In this document: positions 37,313 to 46,482 of the stretch, piece by piece
How positions within the stretch are numbered: position 1 is the first letter of the stretch
Layout of the letters: each line of letters starts with the position of its first letter
Sequence record: ON287375.1
DNA: 64,000 nt
Strand: one strand, 5' to 3'
The notes under the pieces: generated by a model
The model's database searches: none
What the model saw: only the letters and a program-made list of their open reading frames with translations
Told to the model about the DNA's origin: nothing
Made by a program: the position numbers and the translations under genes

Positions 37313-37337
37313 ACTTCCTCCGATATCGATACTGTTT

Positions 37338-37348
37338 GGACATAGAAT
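37338..37348 (-). promoter_or_regulatory. putative late promoter, TATG core
   Basis: attctatgtcc, sharing ATTCTATG with the 16301 site. Confidence 0.45.
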
Positions 37349-37355
37349 CTGATAA

Positions 37356-37383
37356 AGAGTTCCTGGGTTAACCCAGGAACTCT
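37356..37383 (-). terminator. 28-bp perfect palindrome / terminator
   Basis: agagttcctgggttaacccaggaactct directly after the 1035-aa stop. Confidence 0.75.
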
Positions 37384-37390
37384 AATACCA

Positions 37391-40300
37391 TTAAGGTTCT
37401 ATAGTGAGTGTGATACGGGTACTTTGGGAACTACATTTAACATCGGCATTGCTAAACCAAATTTCATAGTCAGTGCTAGCTTTACTCATGACATAACAGG
37501 TAAAGGTCACAGTCTTTTCATCAATGGCTTTGGCGTCTCTGATCCAGTTAAATGTATTGGTTCCGCCTTCTGTAGCTCCATAGGTGTAATCTCGTTGTAC
37601 CACGAACTTATCAGAAGTTATTCCGTTTTCTGGAAGTTTGACAGTGAATACAGCAAGATCCCTTTCTTTATCGTAGACAACCGATACATTACCAGGGTCA
37701 ACTGGGATATAGTCAAACTCTGTTCTATAGGTATATTCGACACCATCAGCTAAGATGACAATATTAGTCGCACCGCTATCAGGTTTATTGATACCGTTTA
37801 TATGCATACTTAAACTTCCGGTACCATAAAGACCTTGGGATGCCTTAGTGATACTTAGTGGTCCAGTACCTTCCCAAATACCAGGTTCGAATCCTTTCAC
37901 TTCCCATTTATCAACGTAGACAGTGTTTCCTTTCTCGTCGATAACTCTGAATATTCCAGGGGTACTATACTTGACCATGTTCCCCCATTCACCCACTAGT
38001 TGTTTACCACCAGTATACCCGTACCGTTGTTCAAAGGAGATTTTAGGGTAACCGATATATCCATACGCTGAACCAACACCTTCCATGAGAAGAGTATCAA
38101 CAACAGTTTCATCTAAACGGTTGAACTTAAGTCCATAACCTGTATCATTCTCGGTTATGTTCACGCTGTTCCATGGAGCACCATTCAGTTTCACATTACC
38201 ATAAATACTTGGCTTGGTAACTGGGGTTTTAGCTGGGTCATTAAAGAAGAACTTAATCTTACCATCAAACTGGAATTTAACATCTGTGGCATCTAAAGAT
38301 TCAGGTTCTGCAATAATACCAGTAGCTCCTGCTGGCATCGGCATTAGACCTTCAAAGGTCCCATTCATATAGGTTGATGAGTTAGGAACGCTCTTATCAT
38401 CAAACCAAAGGTTATTGGTAACAGATGTTGCTTCAGAGAACTGTGGTGCCGTAAAGGTTATACGGTACATGTCCTCATTTCTAGCATTAGCGGTTTTTAT
38501 TTCTGAATCGAATGTTTTCTTAGTTCCATTCTCAGTATAAGTCAATAAAGCAGTGGAAGCGCAGATAAGGTTTTTAGCTGAAGTATCCTCTCCAGATACG
38601 CCTATATCCATGCTTGCCATTGACGTACTGGTACTCATCCCACTATACTGATTGAAGAAGATTTTCTTTCTTTCAATTTCTTTACTGAAAGTAATCTCAT
38701 CAGAACCATTAACTAATACACCAGAGATCTTAGATTTGGTTGGTGCATCTGGATTCAACTGGAATGATAATGTATAGTGTTCGCCGTCAGGAGTCGCATT
38801 GATAGGTTCCAGTACAAACCCAGTACCGGCGATATCCTTATAAGACCATTTATCAGCTTGAGCTTTAGGGTAACTACCAGTTACGGTCAGAACACCTAAT
38901 TTAAGATCAGAAACCTCTACATCCATAGCGGCTTGCTTGACATCAGTAGTCATTGTGATCGATGCATCAGGAACATCAAGGTAGTCTGGGAATGAGAAGT
39001 TTACAACGGTCTCCAGAGACAAGTTATCCGTTTCTAAGGCTTTGTCCTTGACTGAGAATTTTAACAATTGTTTCTGAGTAAGATCTTTATCAACAATTTC
39101 ATAATCGACTACCTCACCACCGACTTTAGTTACGATAGTAATGGTCGGGTTAACCGCATCACTATTGTTGGATGGGAACTTATACTCAACTTCATAATTA
39201 ACCAACTTACTTTCGATATCAAAAGTATTCTTAACTTCTTTTAATTCCACAGCTTCTTTAGGCGTAGGTGGAACTAGCTTATAAAACCAACTTGGACTAT
39301 TGAAGGTGCTGAATGCAACTTGACGATCAAGCTCACCTTTAAGAATTACATTACCGGTGAAGTAGCGAAGTGCTGGAGCTTCTGGATTATAATCATAAGG
39401 GCCAGTAAAGTTAATGACGCCAGCAGAAGGGGAAGTGATGTCAGTGGCTACTGCATCTTTCATTTCCTCATCCCCACCATTAATAAGGTAAGCTTTATTA
39501 AGGTCGAGAGTTCCCACACTGTCTTCATAAGTAAGTGTGATTTGAGCTTTATCTTCGCTCAACTGTTTTACTGCGCCAGAGAGTCTCAAGACTTTAGGTG
39601 CCGCATGGTTGATATTGTAAGAATAGATCTCATTATCAACCTTCATCATACCTTGCGCCATAAAGATACGATCAGTTAAAGCGTCGGTATTATATTCCCA
39701 GCTCACTACCATACACTGACCATTTTCAGTGATTTCCTGAGTGGTCTTGATATTGAGAAGATCGGTACTTTTAGTTGGATCATTAACAACCCAAGCAGTA
39801 GGTGTTCCTTTATTACCATCTTTATCTAGCAAGTAGATATTTGCAGTCATCTTACCGTCGGCTAGTGAAACCACTTTAGAATCAACAGTGTATTTATTAG
39901 CTGCATCATTATAAGCTTTCTGTGAAGTAAGCTTAATGATCGTATCATTAATGGATGGGTCAATAATGGTTAAATCACCACTATAGATTTCATTCAATTT
40001 AGGGAACTCATCCCAGGTTATTTTAGAGAAGAAAATATTACCAAGCAGCTCAAGAACATTTGCTTTGAGATTATCGGTGTTGGGCAATATGATAACCAAC
40101 TGATCGGCATCTGTTCTATTAACAAGGAATCCAGGTTCAGGGATTTCTTTATTTAAGAAAGCTTTGAACTCATCTAACGTACTAGTGTTCTTTACTGGTA
40201 CATTGAAGGTTTCAAATATTTCTAAGATATTCTGCTTCTCTATCTCGATATCCACACGAGCAAAACCAGTCTTACGAACGGCAATGCAGACCATAACAGA

Positions 40301-40498
40301 ACCACTCTTAACTTTAGTAGCTGGCTCTATGGACACATCTTTGTAAGTTAGACCAGTATAACGTTCTTTAGCTAATGCTAGCTCATCTGCTGGACCATTA
40401 GCCTCTAGATCAGCTAAACGTTTATCAAGGGCTTTCTTAACACACAACCAGACAGGATCCTTTATGTTCTTGTCTTTTTCATCTAATACTACAGTCAT
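37391..40498 (-). CDS. putative virion fibre protein, 1035 aa, with conserved N-terminal domain
   Basis: SD ggagga; N-terminus homologous to the 3373-aa and 201-aa proteins; beta-rich repeats. Confidence 0.88.
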   Translation of the reverse strand: MTVVLDEKDKNIKDPVWLCVKKALDKRLADLEANGPADELALAKERYTGLTYKDVSIEPATKVKSGSVMVCIAVRKTGFARVDIEIEKQNILEIFETFNVPVKNTSTLDEFKAFLNKEIPEPGFLVNRTDADQLVIILPNTDNLKANVLELLGNIFFSKITWDEFPKLNEIYSGDLTIIDPSINDTIIKLTSQKAYNDAANKYTVDSKVVSLADGKMTANIYLLDKDGNKGTPTAWVVNDPTKSTDLLNIKTTQEITENGQCMVVSWEYNTDALTDRIFMAQGMMKVDNEIYSYNINHAAPKVLRLSGAVKQLSEDKAQITLTYEDSVGTLDLNKAYLINGGDEEMKDAVATDITSPSAGVINFTGPYDYNPEAPALRYFTGNVILKGELDRQVAFSTFNSPSWFYKLVPPTPKEAVELKEVKNTFDIESKLVNYEVEYKFPSNNSDAVNPTITIVTKVGGEVVDYEIVDKDLTQKQLLKFSVKDKALETDNLSLETVVNFSFPDYLDVPDASITMTTDVKQAAMDVEVSDLKLGVLTVTGSYPKAQADKWSYKDIAGTGFVLEPINATPDGEHYTLSFQLNPDAPTKSKISGVLVNGSDEITFSKEIERKKIFFNQYSGMSTSTSMASMDIGVSGEDTSAKNLICASTALLTYTENGTKKTFDSEIKTANARNEDMYRITFTAPQFSEATSVTNNLWFDDKSVPNSSTYMNGTFEGLMPMPAGATGIIAEPESLDATDVKFQFDGKIKFFFNDPAKTPVTKPSIYGNVKLNGAPWNSVNITENDTGYGLKFNRLDETVVDTLLMEGVGSAYGYIGYPKISFEQRYGYTGGKQLVGEWGNMVKYSTPGIFRVIDEKGNTVYVDKWEVKGFEPGIWEGTGPLSITKASQGLYGTGSLSMHINGINKPDSGATNIVILADGVEYTYRTEFDYIPVDPGNVSVVYDKERDLAVFTVKLPENGITSDKFVVQRDYTYGATEGGTNTFNWIRDAKAIDEKTVTFTCYVMSKASTDYEIWFSNADVKCSSQSTRITLTIEP

Positions 40499-40537
40499 CT
40501 CTTCCTCCAGAGGGAAAGGTTATATTTAGTCAGGGTA

Positions 40538-40546
40538 TGACCATAG
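40538..40546 (-). promoter_or_regulatory. putative late promoter, TATG core
   Basis: CTATGGTCA, identical to 16301-16309. Confidence 0.5.
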
Positions 40547-40559
40547 GATCCATACATAT

Positions 40560-40589
40560 AGAGAAGAGGGCCCGAAGGCCCTCTTCTCT
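40560..40589 (-). terminator. hairpin terminator of nrdB
   Basis: 13-bp perfect stem with a UUCG loop on the minus strand. Confidence 0.8.
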
Positions 40590-40607
40590 TTAATATGTGT
40601 TTATTTA

Positions 40608-41741
40608 TTACAGTTGGAAGTCGTCGAAAGCACCTTCATCTACAGCAGAGTCAATCTGACCTACCAGGTAGGAAGATACTTCTACTTCTTGTGGAGCCAC
40701 CTGAACGTTATCAGATACCAACCAAGAGTTGATCCATGGAATTGGGTTAGTCTTAGTCAGGAATGGGGTACTCAGACCAATTGCATTCATGCGGATGTTT
40801 GCGATGTATTCAACATACTGGCACAGGATCCCTTCTGACAGACCAATCATAGAACCATCTTTGAACAGGTAGGCTGCCCATTCTTTTTCTTGTTCCACAA
40901 CTTCCAGGAACATATCAATAGACTGTTGTTTACACTCTTCAGCGATTTCCACCATCTCTGGATCATCTTGACCATATTGCATCAGGTTCAAGATGTGTTG
41001 GGTACCAGTCAGGTGCAAAGCCTCATCACGTGCGATGAGCTTAATGATCTTAGCGTTACCTTCCATCAGCTTACGTTCTGCGAATGCAAAGGAGCAAGCG
41101 AAGGATACGTAGAAACGAATTGCTTCCAGTGCGTTAACAGACTGCAGACACAGATAGCAAGCTTTCTTAATTTCACGCAGGGTAACAACAACACGTTTAC
41201 CATTCACGACGTGTGTACCTTCACCCAGGTAGTAATACTGGTTGATCAGACCGATCAATTCATCATAGTACTTAGATACGGTACCGGCACGACGAGTGAT
41301 GTGTTCGTTATCAACAACGTCTTCAAATACGATAGACGGATCATTAACGATGTTACGGATGATGTGAGTATAAGAACGAGAGTGGATCGTTTCTGAGAAG
41401 CCCCAGGTTTCTGCCCAAGTTTCCAGTTCAGGAATAGAGATGATTGGCAGGAATGCAACGTTAGGACCACGACCCTGTACAGAGTCCAGCAGCGTTTGAT
41501 ATTTCAGGTTACTGATGAAGATATGTTTTTCATGTTCCGGCAGGTTCATGTAGTCAATACGGTCACGAGTAACGTCTACTTCTTCAGGACGCCAGAAGAA
41601 AGAAAGTTGTTTCTCAATCAGCTTTTCAAAGATCTGATGTTTCTGTTGGTCGTAACGAGAAACGTTAACGTTCTGACCCAGGAACATGTGTTCCAGAAGT
41701 TGGTTGTTTTTGTTTTGGTTAAAGGTTGAGTAACCGGACAT
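40608..41741 (-). CDS. nrdB: ribonucleotide reductase class Ia beta subunit
   Basis: Follows enterobacterial NrdB throughout ([49 protein letters not shown]); start ATG 41741 after ggag. Confidence 0.97.
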   Translation of the reverse strand: MSGYSTFNQNKNNQLLEHMFLGQNVNVSRYDQQKHQIFEKLIEKQLSFFWRPEEVDVTRDRIDYMNLPEHEKHIFISNLKYQTLLDSVQGRGPNVAFLPIISIPELETWAETWGFSETIHSRSYTHIIRNIVNDPSIVFEDVVDNEHITRRAGTVSKYYDELIGLINQYYYLGEGTHVVNGKRVVVTLREIKKACYLCLQSVNALEAIRFYVSFACSFAFAERKLMEGNAKIIKLIARDEALHLTGTQHILNLMQYGQDDPEMVEIAEECKQQSIDMFLEVVEQEKEWAAYLFKDGSMIGLSEGILCQYVEYIANIRMNAIGLSTPFLTKTNPIPWINSWLVSDNVQVAPQEVEVSSYLVGQIDSAVDEGAFDDFQL

Positions 41742-41979
41742 GATGTTCTCCAATAGATAATTTTGTTTACAGGAATTTGCTGTTAGCTAATGATTAGTGT
41801 TGGAATAAAAACTTAAAGATAACCTAAAATAAATTCTTAATGGAAGACGCTATTATACGTTAACTTAAAGATGCTTTCACCGAAAGGTGGGAGGGAAAGG
41901 GTGGATTTGTTTATATAGCGATTACGTAGTAATCATCCTTTTAAGTCTTTTGAACTTTCACTTCAATTTTCTTTTGGGT

Positions 41980-41999
41980 AGATATTATCTACGTGTATA
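41980..41999 (+). promoter_or_regulatory. putative early promoter, copy 3
   Basis: agatattatctacgtgtata; perfect TAGATA-T-TATCTA palindrome at 41979-41991. Confidence 0.7.
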
Positions 42000-42039
42000 G
42001 CTTGTAAGTTATTACGTAAACAAATTTTAAGGATCAATT

Positions 42040-42633
42040 ATGAAAAGCATTATTGGTTATTATTACGAGCCGTTGAGTCAAGTAGAACGGGAGATGATGT
42101 ATAACCACTTCCAAAAGGAATGGGATACTAATTTTACTGAGATGTTGGCATCTCGTATTATCCGTGCAATGCATGAAGCCCAACGTGATCCTATTTGGCT
42201 AAATGGTCGAGTAGATGCATACCTGGAAGCAATGAACCAGCACATGGTCAAATGCTTAACTCAGTTAAGTGAAGAGTTTCCTGGGTTACCTGAACTTAAA
42301 AATGAATCAGTTACTTTCTTCTTAAATGGGGAAGAACTGAAAGTTGAGCTGACGCCTTGGTTAGAATCAGTATATAAACAGGAAACGGTTATTAAATCCC
42401 AGCGCGATCACTATCGTGATAATGTCGGTGGATTGATTTACGAATATAATACGTACCTATTTAGAAATCCTACTGCTCGTGAAGTTTCTCCTTCAACTTT
42501 AGGTCAGTCGGTGGAACGAGCGAACCAAGCCATCTTGGATAAGATGGAAAATCATTGTTATGAACCTCAGACATCTAATCAGGTGTTTGACTTCTCTCCA
42601 ATTCTTCTGAAATTAATTAAGGAAACAAAATGA
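42040..42633 (+). CDS. hypothetical protein
   Basis: SD aagga. Confidence 0.85.
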   Translation: MKSIIGYYYEPLSQVEREMMYNHFQKEWDTNFTEMLASRIIRAMHEAQRDPIWLNGRVDAYLEAMNQHMVKCLTQLSEEFPGLPELKNESVTFFLNGEELKVELTPWLESVYKQETVIKSQRDHYRDNVGGLIYEYNTYLFRNPTAREVSPSTLGQSVERANQAILDKMENHCYEPQTSNQVFDFSPILLKLIKETK

Positions 42634-42893
42634 AATCCATTCCGTACATTTTAATGATTGCCTTTACTATTGCTGTTATGGCGTTTCTTTGGACACCAGG
42701 GGAAGATGAAAATCGTGTATTAGAAAATCAGGGACTTAGTGGTGTAGTTATCGACACGTTAAGTTTCTGGGGGTGTCCTGATGAACAATACGGATATAAG
42801 TTCACCGCCATCAACCAAGCAGGTAAAACTGTAAATGGCGTGATGTGTAAGAACGGATACTTCTTTGGTTCTTGGAACGTTCGTTATTTCTAA
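42630..42893 (+). CDS. membrane-anchored small Cys-pair envelope protein
   Basis: N-terminal TM, LENQGL...GC...YKFTAINQAG..V.GVMC; paralog of the 5068 and 6946 genes. Confidence 0.8.
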   Translation: MKSIPYILMIAFTIAVMAFLWTPGEDENRVLENQGLSGVVIDTLSFWGCPDEQYGYKFTAINQAGKTVNGVMCKNGYFFGSWNVRYF

Positions 42894-42931
42894 GTAGACG
42901 ATCCTTTGCCTCAAACAAAAGGAGTCTTATT

Positions 42932-43219
42932 ATGAAACAATTGGGAGCACTTGCACTTGCATTAACATTAATTCTACCTAACACTACACTCGCTAATCTA
43001 CATGGTTCAATTTTCTTCGTTGGGGAAATTGTTGAAGTTCCATGCGTAGCTGTAAATAACAATAACAGTGCGTCGGTACATTGTAACCGTACAGGTGAAA
43101 AACCTAAAACTCTGAAAGTCAATTTAGCTGCTACAAAAGAACAGCATATTGATGGAATCAAAGTAAACACTGATAATATCGGTGAAGGTCTTTATACTGT
43201 CACACTAACCATCGCATAA
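42932..43219 (+). CDS. exported fimbrial-subunit-like protein
   Basis: Start ATG 42932 after aaggag; signal peptide ...TTLA; GSIFFVGEIVEVPC matches the chaperone-usher pilin N-terminal motif. Confidence 0.65.
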   Translation: MKQLGALALALTLILPNTTLANLHGSIFFVGEIVEVPCVAVNNNNSASVHCNRTGEKPKTLKVNLAATKEQHIDGIKVNTDNIGEGLYTVTLTIA

Positions 43220-43223
43220 ATCA

Positions 43224-43251
43224 AGAGAGGCTTCCGAAAGGAGGCTTCTCT
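43224..43251 (+). terminator. hairpin terminator
   Basis: agagaggcttcc-GAAA-ggaggcttctct plus T tail. Confidence 0.75.
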
Positions 43252-43276
43252 TTCTATCATTAATAGAGGATACAAA

Positions 43277-43732
43277 ATGAAAAAGTTAATCTTAGCCGCA
43301 GCTCTGTCTGTTATGTCTTTCGCTTCTGTTGCTGGAACTGATCCACTCGATATCGTAGGTGATCGTTGTGCACCTGGCGATATTATCTATTACGGTCAGA
43401 ATCTCCAGCACACTAAAGAAGTGCTGATCTGTCAGTGGGATACCAATGTATTTTACTCCTTCGGTAAAATCGGTAAGCAGCCCGAACTGGATATCAAACT
43501 GGATATCAGTAAAGCTGATCAATTGATCGAGGACGATGAGTATCGTTCTAACGAAGTTGTCTTCATTCGTAATGGTGATATCATTTACGAAGTAGGTGCT
43601 TCTACCGATCTGACTATTAACTCTACCGTGGATTACGTGAAAGTCTCCCGCTACGGTAAAGGTCAGTTGACTGAGTTCCTTCTGGACTCCAATACCGTAG
43701 TTAATGGCATTCGTTCTAACTTTGTTAAGTAA
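43277..43732 (+). CDS. exported protein
   Basis: SD gagga; classic signal peptide MKKLILAAALSVMSFASVA; Cys pair, YSFGK..PEL motif. Confidence 0.85.
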   Translation: MKKLILAAALSVMSFASVAGTDPLDIVGDRCAPGDIIYYGQNLQHTKEVLICQWDTNVFYSFGKIGKQPELDIKLDISKADQLIEDDEYRSNEVVFIRNGDIIYEVGASTDLTINSTVDYVKVSRYGKGQLTEFLLDSNTVVNGIRSNFVK

Positions 43733-43742
43733 GGGATTAAAA

Positions 43743-44144
43743 ATGAAAGTAACTGTAGACATGTCCGCACCAGAACAACATCCAACTTCCCTGATGCCAA
43801 AAGCATTACGTGCATTCTGGTATTTCAAAGAAGGTTCTGAACTTCGTAAACTAATCAACTATACCGGCTGTCCTAACACCGGCTGCCAACACACCCTTCG
43901 TATTTGGGGCGAACGCACTGATGTTATTGCCTGGTTGGATTTGTTCCAAGAGACCTATCCAGATACTGCACCTGAGATCTTGATCATCAAGAACAAGATT
44001 CGAATGGGTGTTGTCCATAACAAGGGTGTTAAAGAAGACGGTAGTATTTTTGTTGATCTGAAAGCAGTTACTCGTCAGGTCGGGTATAACGGCGAAATCT
44101 TAACTCGCCCTTATTTCTGGGCTCCGTTCTGGGAAGAACGTTGA
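43743..44144 (+). CDS. hypothetical protein
   Basis: Start moved to ATG 43743 after aaggg. Confidence 0.8.
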   Translation: MKVTVDMSAPEQHPTSLMPKALRAFWYFKEGSELRKLINYTGCPNTGCQHTLRIWGERTDVIAWLDLFQETYPDTAPEILIIKNKIRMGVVHNKGVKEDGSIFVDLKAVTRQVGYNGEILTRPYFWAPFWEER

Positions 44145-44145
44145 T

Positions 44146-44430
44146 ATGGAATTCTTAAAGGAAGTATGGGATCTTAGAAAAGGCGATGGTTATGACAAAG
44201 GTATGTTTGCTGTAATGACCATTTGTATTCTAGTGTTGCTATCCATACCGTTTATCGTTTATTTCGATAACGTAGAAATGGCGGCTCAGCACTGTGTTAA
44301 AACCGAACAAACTAGAGAGCGGTCTTATATACAGTACATACATGGTGATAAAGGTCAAATCATCAGCGCTTACCCTGTTCATGTAACTGAACATCTTTAT
44401 ACTTGTGATGATTTTGCTCGGTGGCGTTAA
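44146..44430 (+). CDS. membrane-anchored protein with periplasmic Cys pair
   Basis: Single TM; C..T....Y.C.D...WR C-terminus. Confidence 0.75.
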   Translation: MEFLKEVWDLRKGDGYDKGMFAVMTICILVLLSIPFIVYFDNVEMAAQHCVKTEQTRERSYIQYIHGDKGQIISAYPVHVTEHLYTCDDFARWR

Positions 44431-44694
44431 ATGAAAGACATGCCTGCAATACTGTTATTATCATTCCTCCCACTTTTAACATTCAGTATTGGAATGGTTG
44501 GTGTCTTTAAACCAGACACTTATACTATCAGTTTCTCTGAACCTGATAAGATCCATGAACGTTACCCTGAACTTCTCGCTTATGACTGTGTGATGACTAA
44601 CGAGAAACTCACCTCCTCCAAGAAAGAGAATGGTGAATGGGTAACTCGTGAACGCACTTTGTATGTTTGTCGTGATAGAACACTTTGGAGATAA
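44431..44694 (+). CDS. membrane-anchored protein, paralog of the previous gene
   Basis: N-terminal TM; DCVMTNE...LYVCRDRTLWR. Confidence 0.75.
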   Translation: MKDMPAILLLSFLPLLTFSIGMVGVFKPDTYTISFSEPDKIHERYPELLAYDCVMTNEKLTSSKKENGEWVTRERTLYVCRDRTLWR

Positions 44695-44697
44695 GAA

Positions 44698-45114
44698 ATG
44701 AAAAAGCAATTACATTTGAACCAAGTAATTGATTCCCATCTTTCTAAAGATGTGGTGACTCCGGTTTCAATTAACTTTGAAGACGTGATCAGCTATTCTA
44801 AATTTGCGCAAGATCCTAATTACATAGGTAAAACGATTATCCGTACCTCCAATGTCGATAGGCCCTTCATGGTCACTGAGGAATATTCTCAGGTAAGAAA
44901 GATGATGGAAGATTTGCGCGTAGCTGATGATCGTCAATGTTACCGGATCAAGTTGGGATATCAGGTCCACTACATTCCCAAAGATGAAGTATCATACATC
45001 ACTATCGATGAACAAAATAGTAAAACAACCTTGGTTCTTAAAAGTGGGGATAAATTCTCTACTGGCAAAACCATGATTGAATTACGTGCAACATCAATTG
45101 AAATTCCATTTTAA
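44698..45114 (+). CDS. hypothetical protein with tandem FlbD/LytTR-like modules
   Basis: VSINFEDVISY...TIIRTSN...VTEEYSQV and IPKDEVSYI...TTLVLKSGDKF...TMIEL. Confidence 0.6.
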   Translation: MKKQLHLNQVIDSHLSKDVVTPVSINFEDVISYSKFAQDPNYIGKTIIRTSNVDRPFMVTEEYSQVRKMMEDLRVADDRQCYRIKLGYQVHYIPKDEVSYITIDEQNSKTTLVLKSGDKFSTGKTMIELRATSIEIPF

Positions 45115-45124
45115 AGGTTAAGTA

Positions 45125-45289
45125 ATGAAACAGACTAAAGGCGTGAGCCGTAGAGATTTACTTGCATTCTTCTTCGGTTCAGCCATTAGTCCGAAAGCCA
45201 AAGTGGAAGATGCAGTATTAGATTTAGTATTAGGTAAAGAAGCGAATTTGCTTATCAACTTTAGAAAGAGGTTCTGTAATGGAAAGTAA
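45125..45289 (+). CDS. 54-aa small protein, not in the ORF track
   Basis: Fills the operon gap: MKQTKGVSRRDLLAFFFGSAISPKAKVEDAVLDLVLGKEANLLINFRKRFCNGK*; SD aaggt; overlaps the next start. Confidence 0.6.
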   Translation: MKQTKGVSRRDLLAFFFGSAISPKAKVEDAVLDLVLGKEANLLINFRKRFCNGK

Positions 45290-46052
45290 AAACAAAGATT
45301 GGTTCAAGTACGATAAATATTGGCGCCAGTGGTCTCGTGTCATTTGCCGAGGCGGCGGTGATTTCAATTATGAGATTGAGATCATCCTCACTCCATTAAA
45401 CGGCACTACAGCTGAATGGTCTGATTTGGCTAAGATCCAAATCCACCGTCACGACGTTCGTTACTCTGCTTTTAAAAATGACAATCATTATACGCATGTT
45501 CTCCCTGAAAATGTTTACGAACAGATGGTCAGAAATATCAGCCGTAATAAGTTAGATATCCTTCTCCATTCGGATATTCTTCCACTGATTGATTGGGAAG
45601 AGTATGATCGGTTAGGCGATTCATATGTTCCATTCAGTAAGTGTGCCATTAAGCAAACTGGTTTCTTTAACCAACTGTATTGGGGTGACGGAACTAACCG
45701 TGAAACATTCCCCACAGCTGAACAATTTGCTAAAGAATATGGCATCGATATTCCTGAGGATCATATCCTCTTAGGCGGCGTCTATCATCAGCATAACGAT
45801 AGTCACGTGCAGTGTTACGGGGTTCATGATCTTACCAACAACACCATCCAATTTGAAGCATTACTGGATGGTGAAAGTTATAGCATCATAACACGGTTCT
45901 CAAGTCGTATTGGTAATACTGAGAAAAGCTGGGATATTCCTCTTATTGAGTTCTTCCAGAAATCTCCATATGTCAATATCGAAACGTTTGATGCGATTCT
46001 TCAAATGGTAACCAAAACTATCAACAACCTGAAAGTCTATAAGAAAGGCTAA
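45279..46052 (+). CDS. hypothetical protein
   Basis: SD gagg, long ORF. Confidence 0.85.
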   Translation: MESKNKDWFKYDKYWRQWSRVICRGGGDFNYEIEIILTPLNGTTAEWSDLAKIQIHRHDVRYSAFKNDNHYTHVLPENVYEQMVRNISRNKLDILLHSDILPLIDWEEYDRLGDSYVPFSKCAIKQTGFFNQLYWGDGTNRETFPTAEQFAKEYGIDIPEDHILLGGVYHQHNDSHVQCYGVHDLTNNTIQFEALLDGESYSIITRFSSRIGNTEKSWDIPLIEFFQKSPYVNIETFDAILQMVTKTINNLKVYKKG

Positions 46053-46062
46053 GGAATTTAGA

Positions 46063-46482
46063 ATGAAACATTACTTCATGTCCCACGGCATCCTCATCAC
46101 TTATGGGGAAGACCATGAGATTCATCAGGCAGCTATCTTCCATGATAGTAATTTGACTATTGATGATATTCGACCTGGGTTCTTGCTGAACACTAATGGT
46201 GTTCCACCTATGGAAGTAACTCATCAGGTTAAGGAGATCTCTGAAATTATTGGGGATCGTGAACGTACTAGTCGGTTCGATCCAAAGCACGCTGTAAGAC
46301 AGCTGGATGATTTGAACTGGGCTGGGTTTACTTACATCAACAAAGAACATGAACAAGCTCAACCTGTTATCATGTTTATTAATCATGATAAATACGTTGA
46401 TCTTAATAAGTGGGAAGAAATCTCCACTGAACGTGCTCTCGCAACCATTAACCAATTTGCTGAACCTAAGGTAGAAGAATAA
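46063..46482 (+). CDS. hypothetical protein
   Basis: SD aagga. Confidence 0.85.
   Translation: MKHYFMSHGILITYGEDHEIHQAAIFHDSNLTIDDIRPGFLLNTNGVPPMEVTHQVKEISEIIGDRERTSRFDPKHAVRQLDDLNWAGFTYINKEHEQAQPVIMFINHDKYVDLNKWEEISTERALATINQFAEPKVEE

Noticed and set aside
37884-37894. GGTTCGAATCC, a tRNA T-arm-like motif
   Set aside because: Lies inside the 1035-aa CDS with no acceptor stem or D/anticodon arms around it; no tRNA gene supported in the window
14734-40498. Diversity-generating retroelement or invertible tail-fibre cassette
   Set aside because: No reverse transcriptase, recombinase or near-identical TR/VR pair; repeats are visible only at the protein level
41848-41920. NrdR boxes upstream of nrdB
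   Set aside because: The cgctattata and cgctatata elements match the acaCwAtATaTwGtg consensus only weakly; kept only as a possible RNA stem
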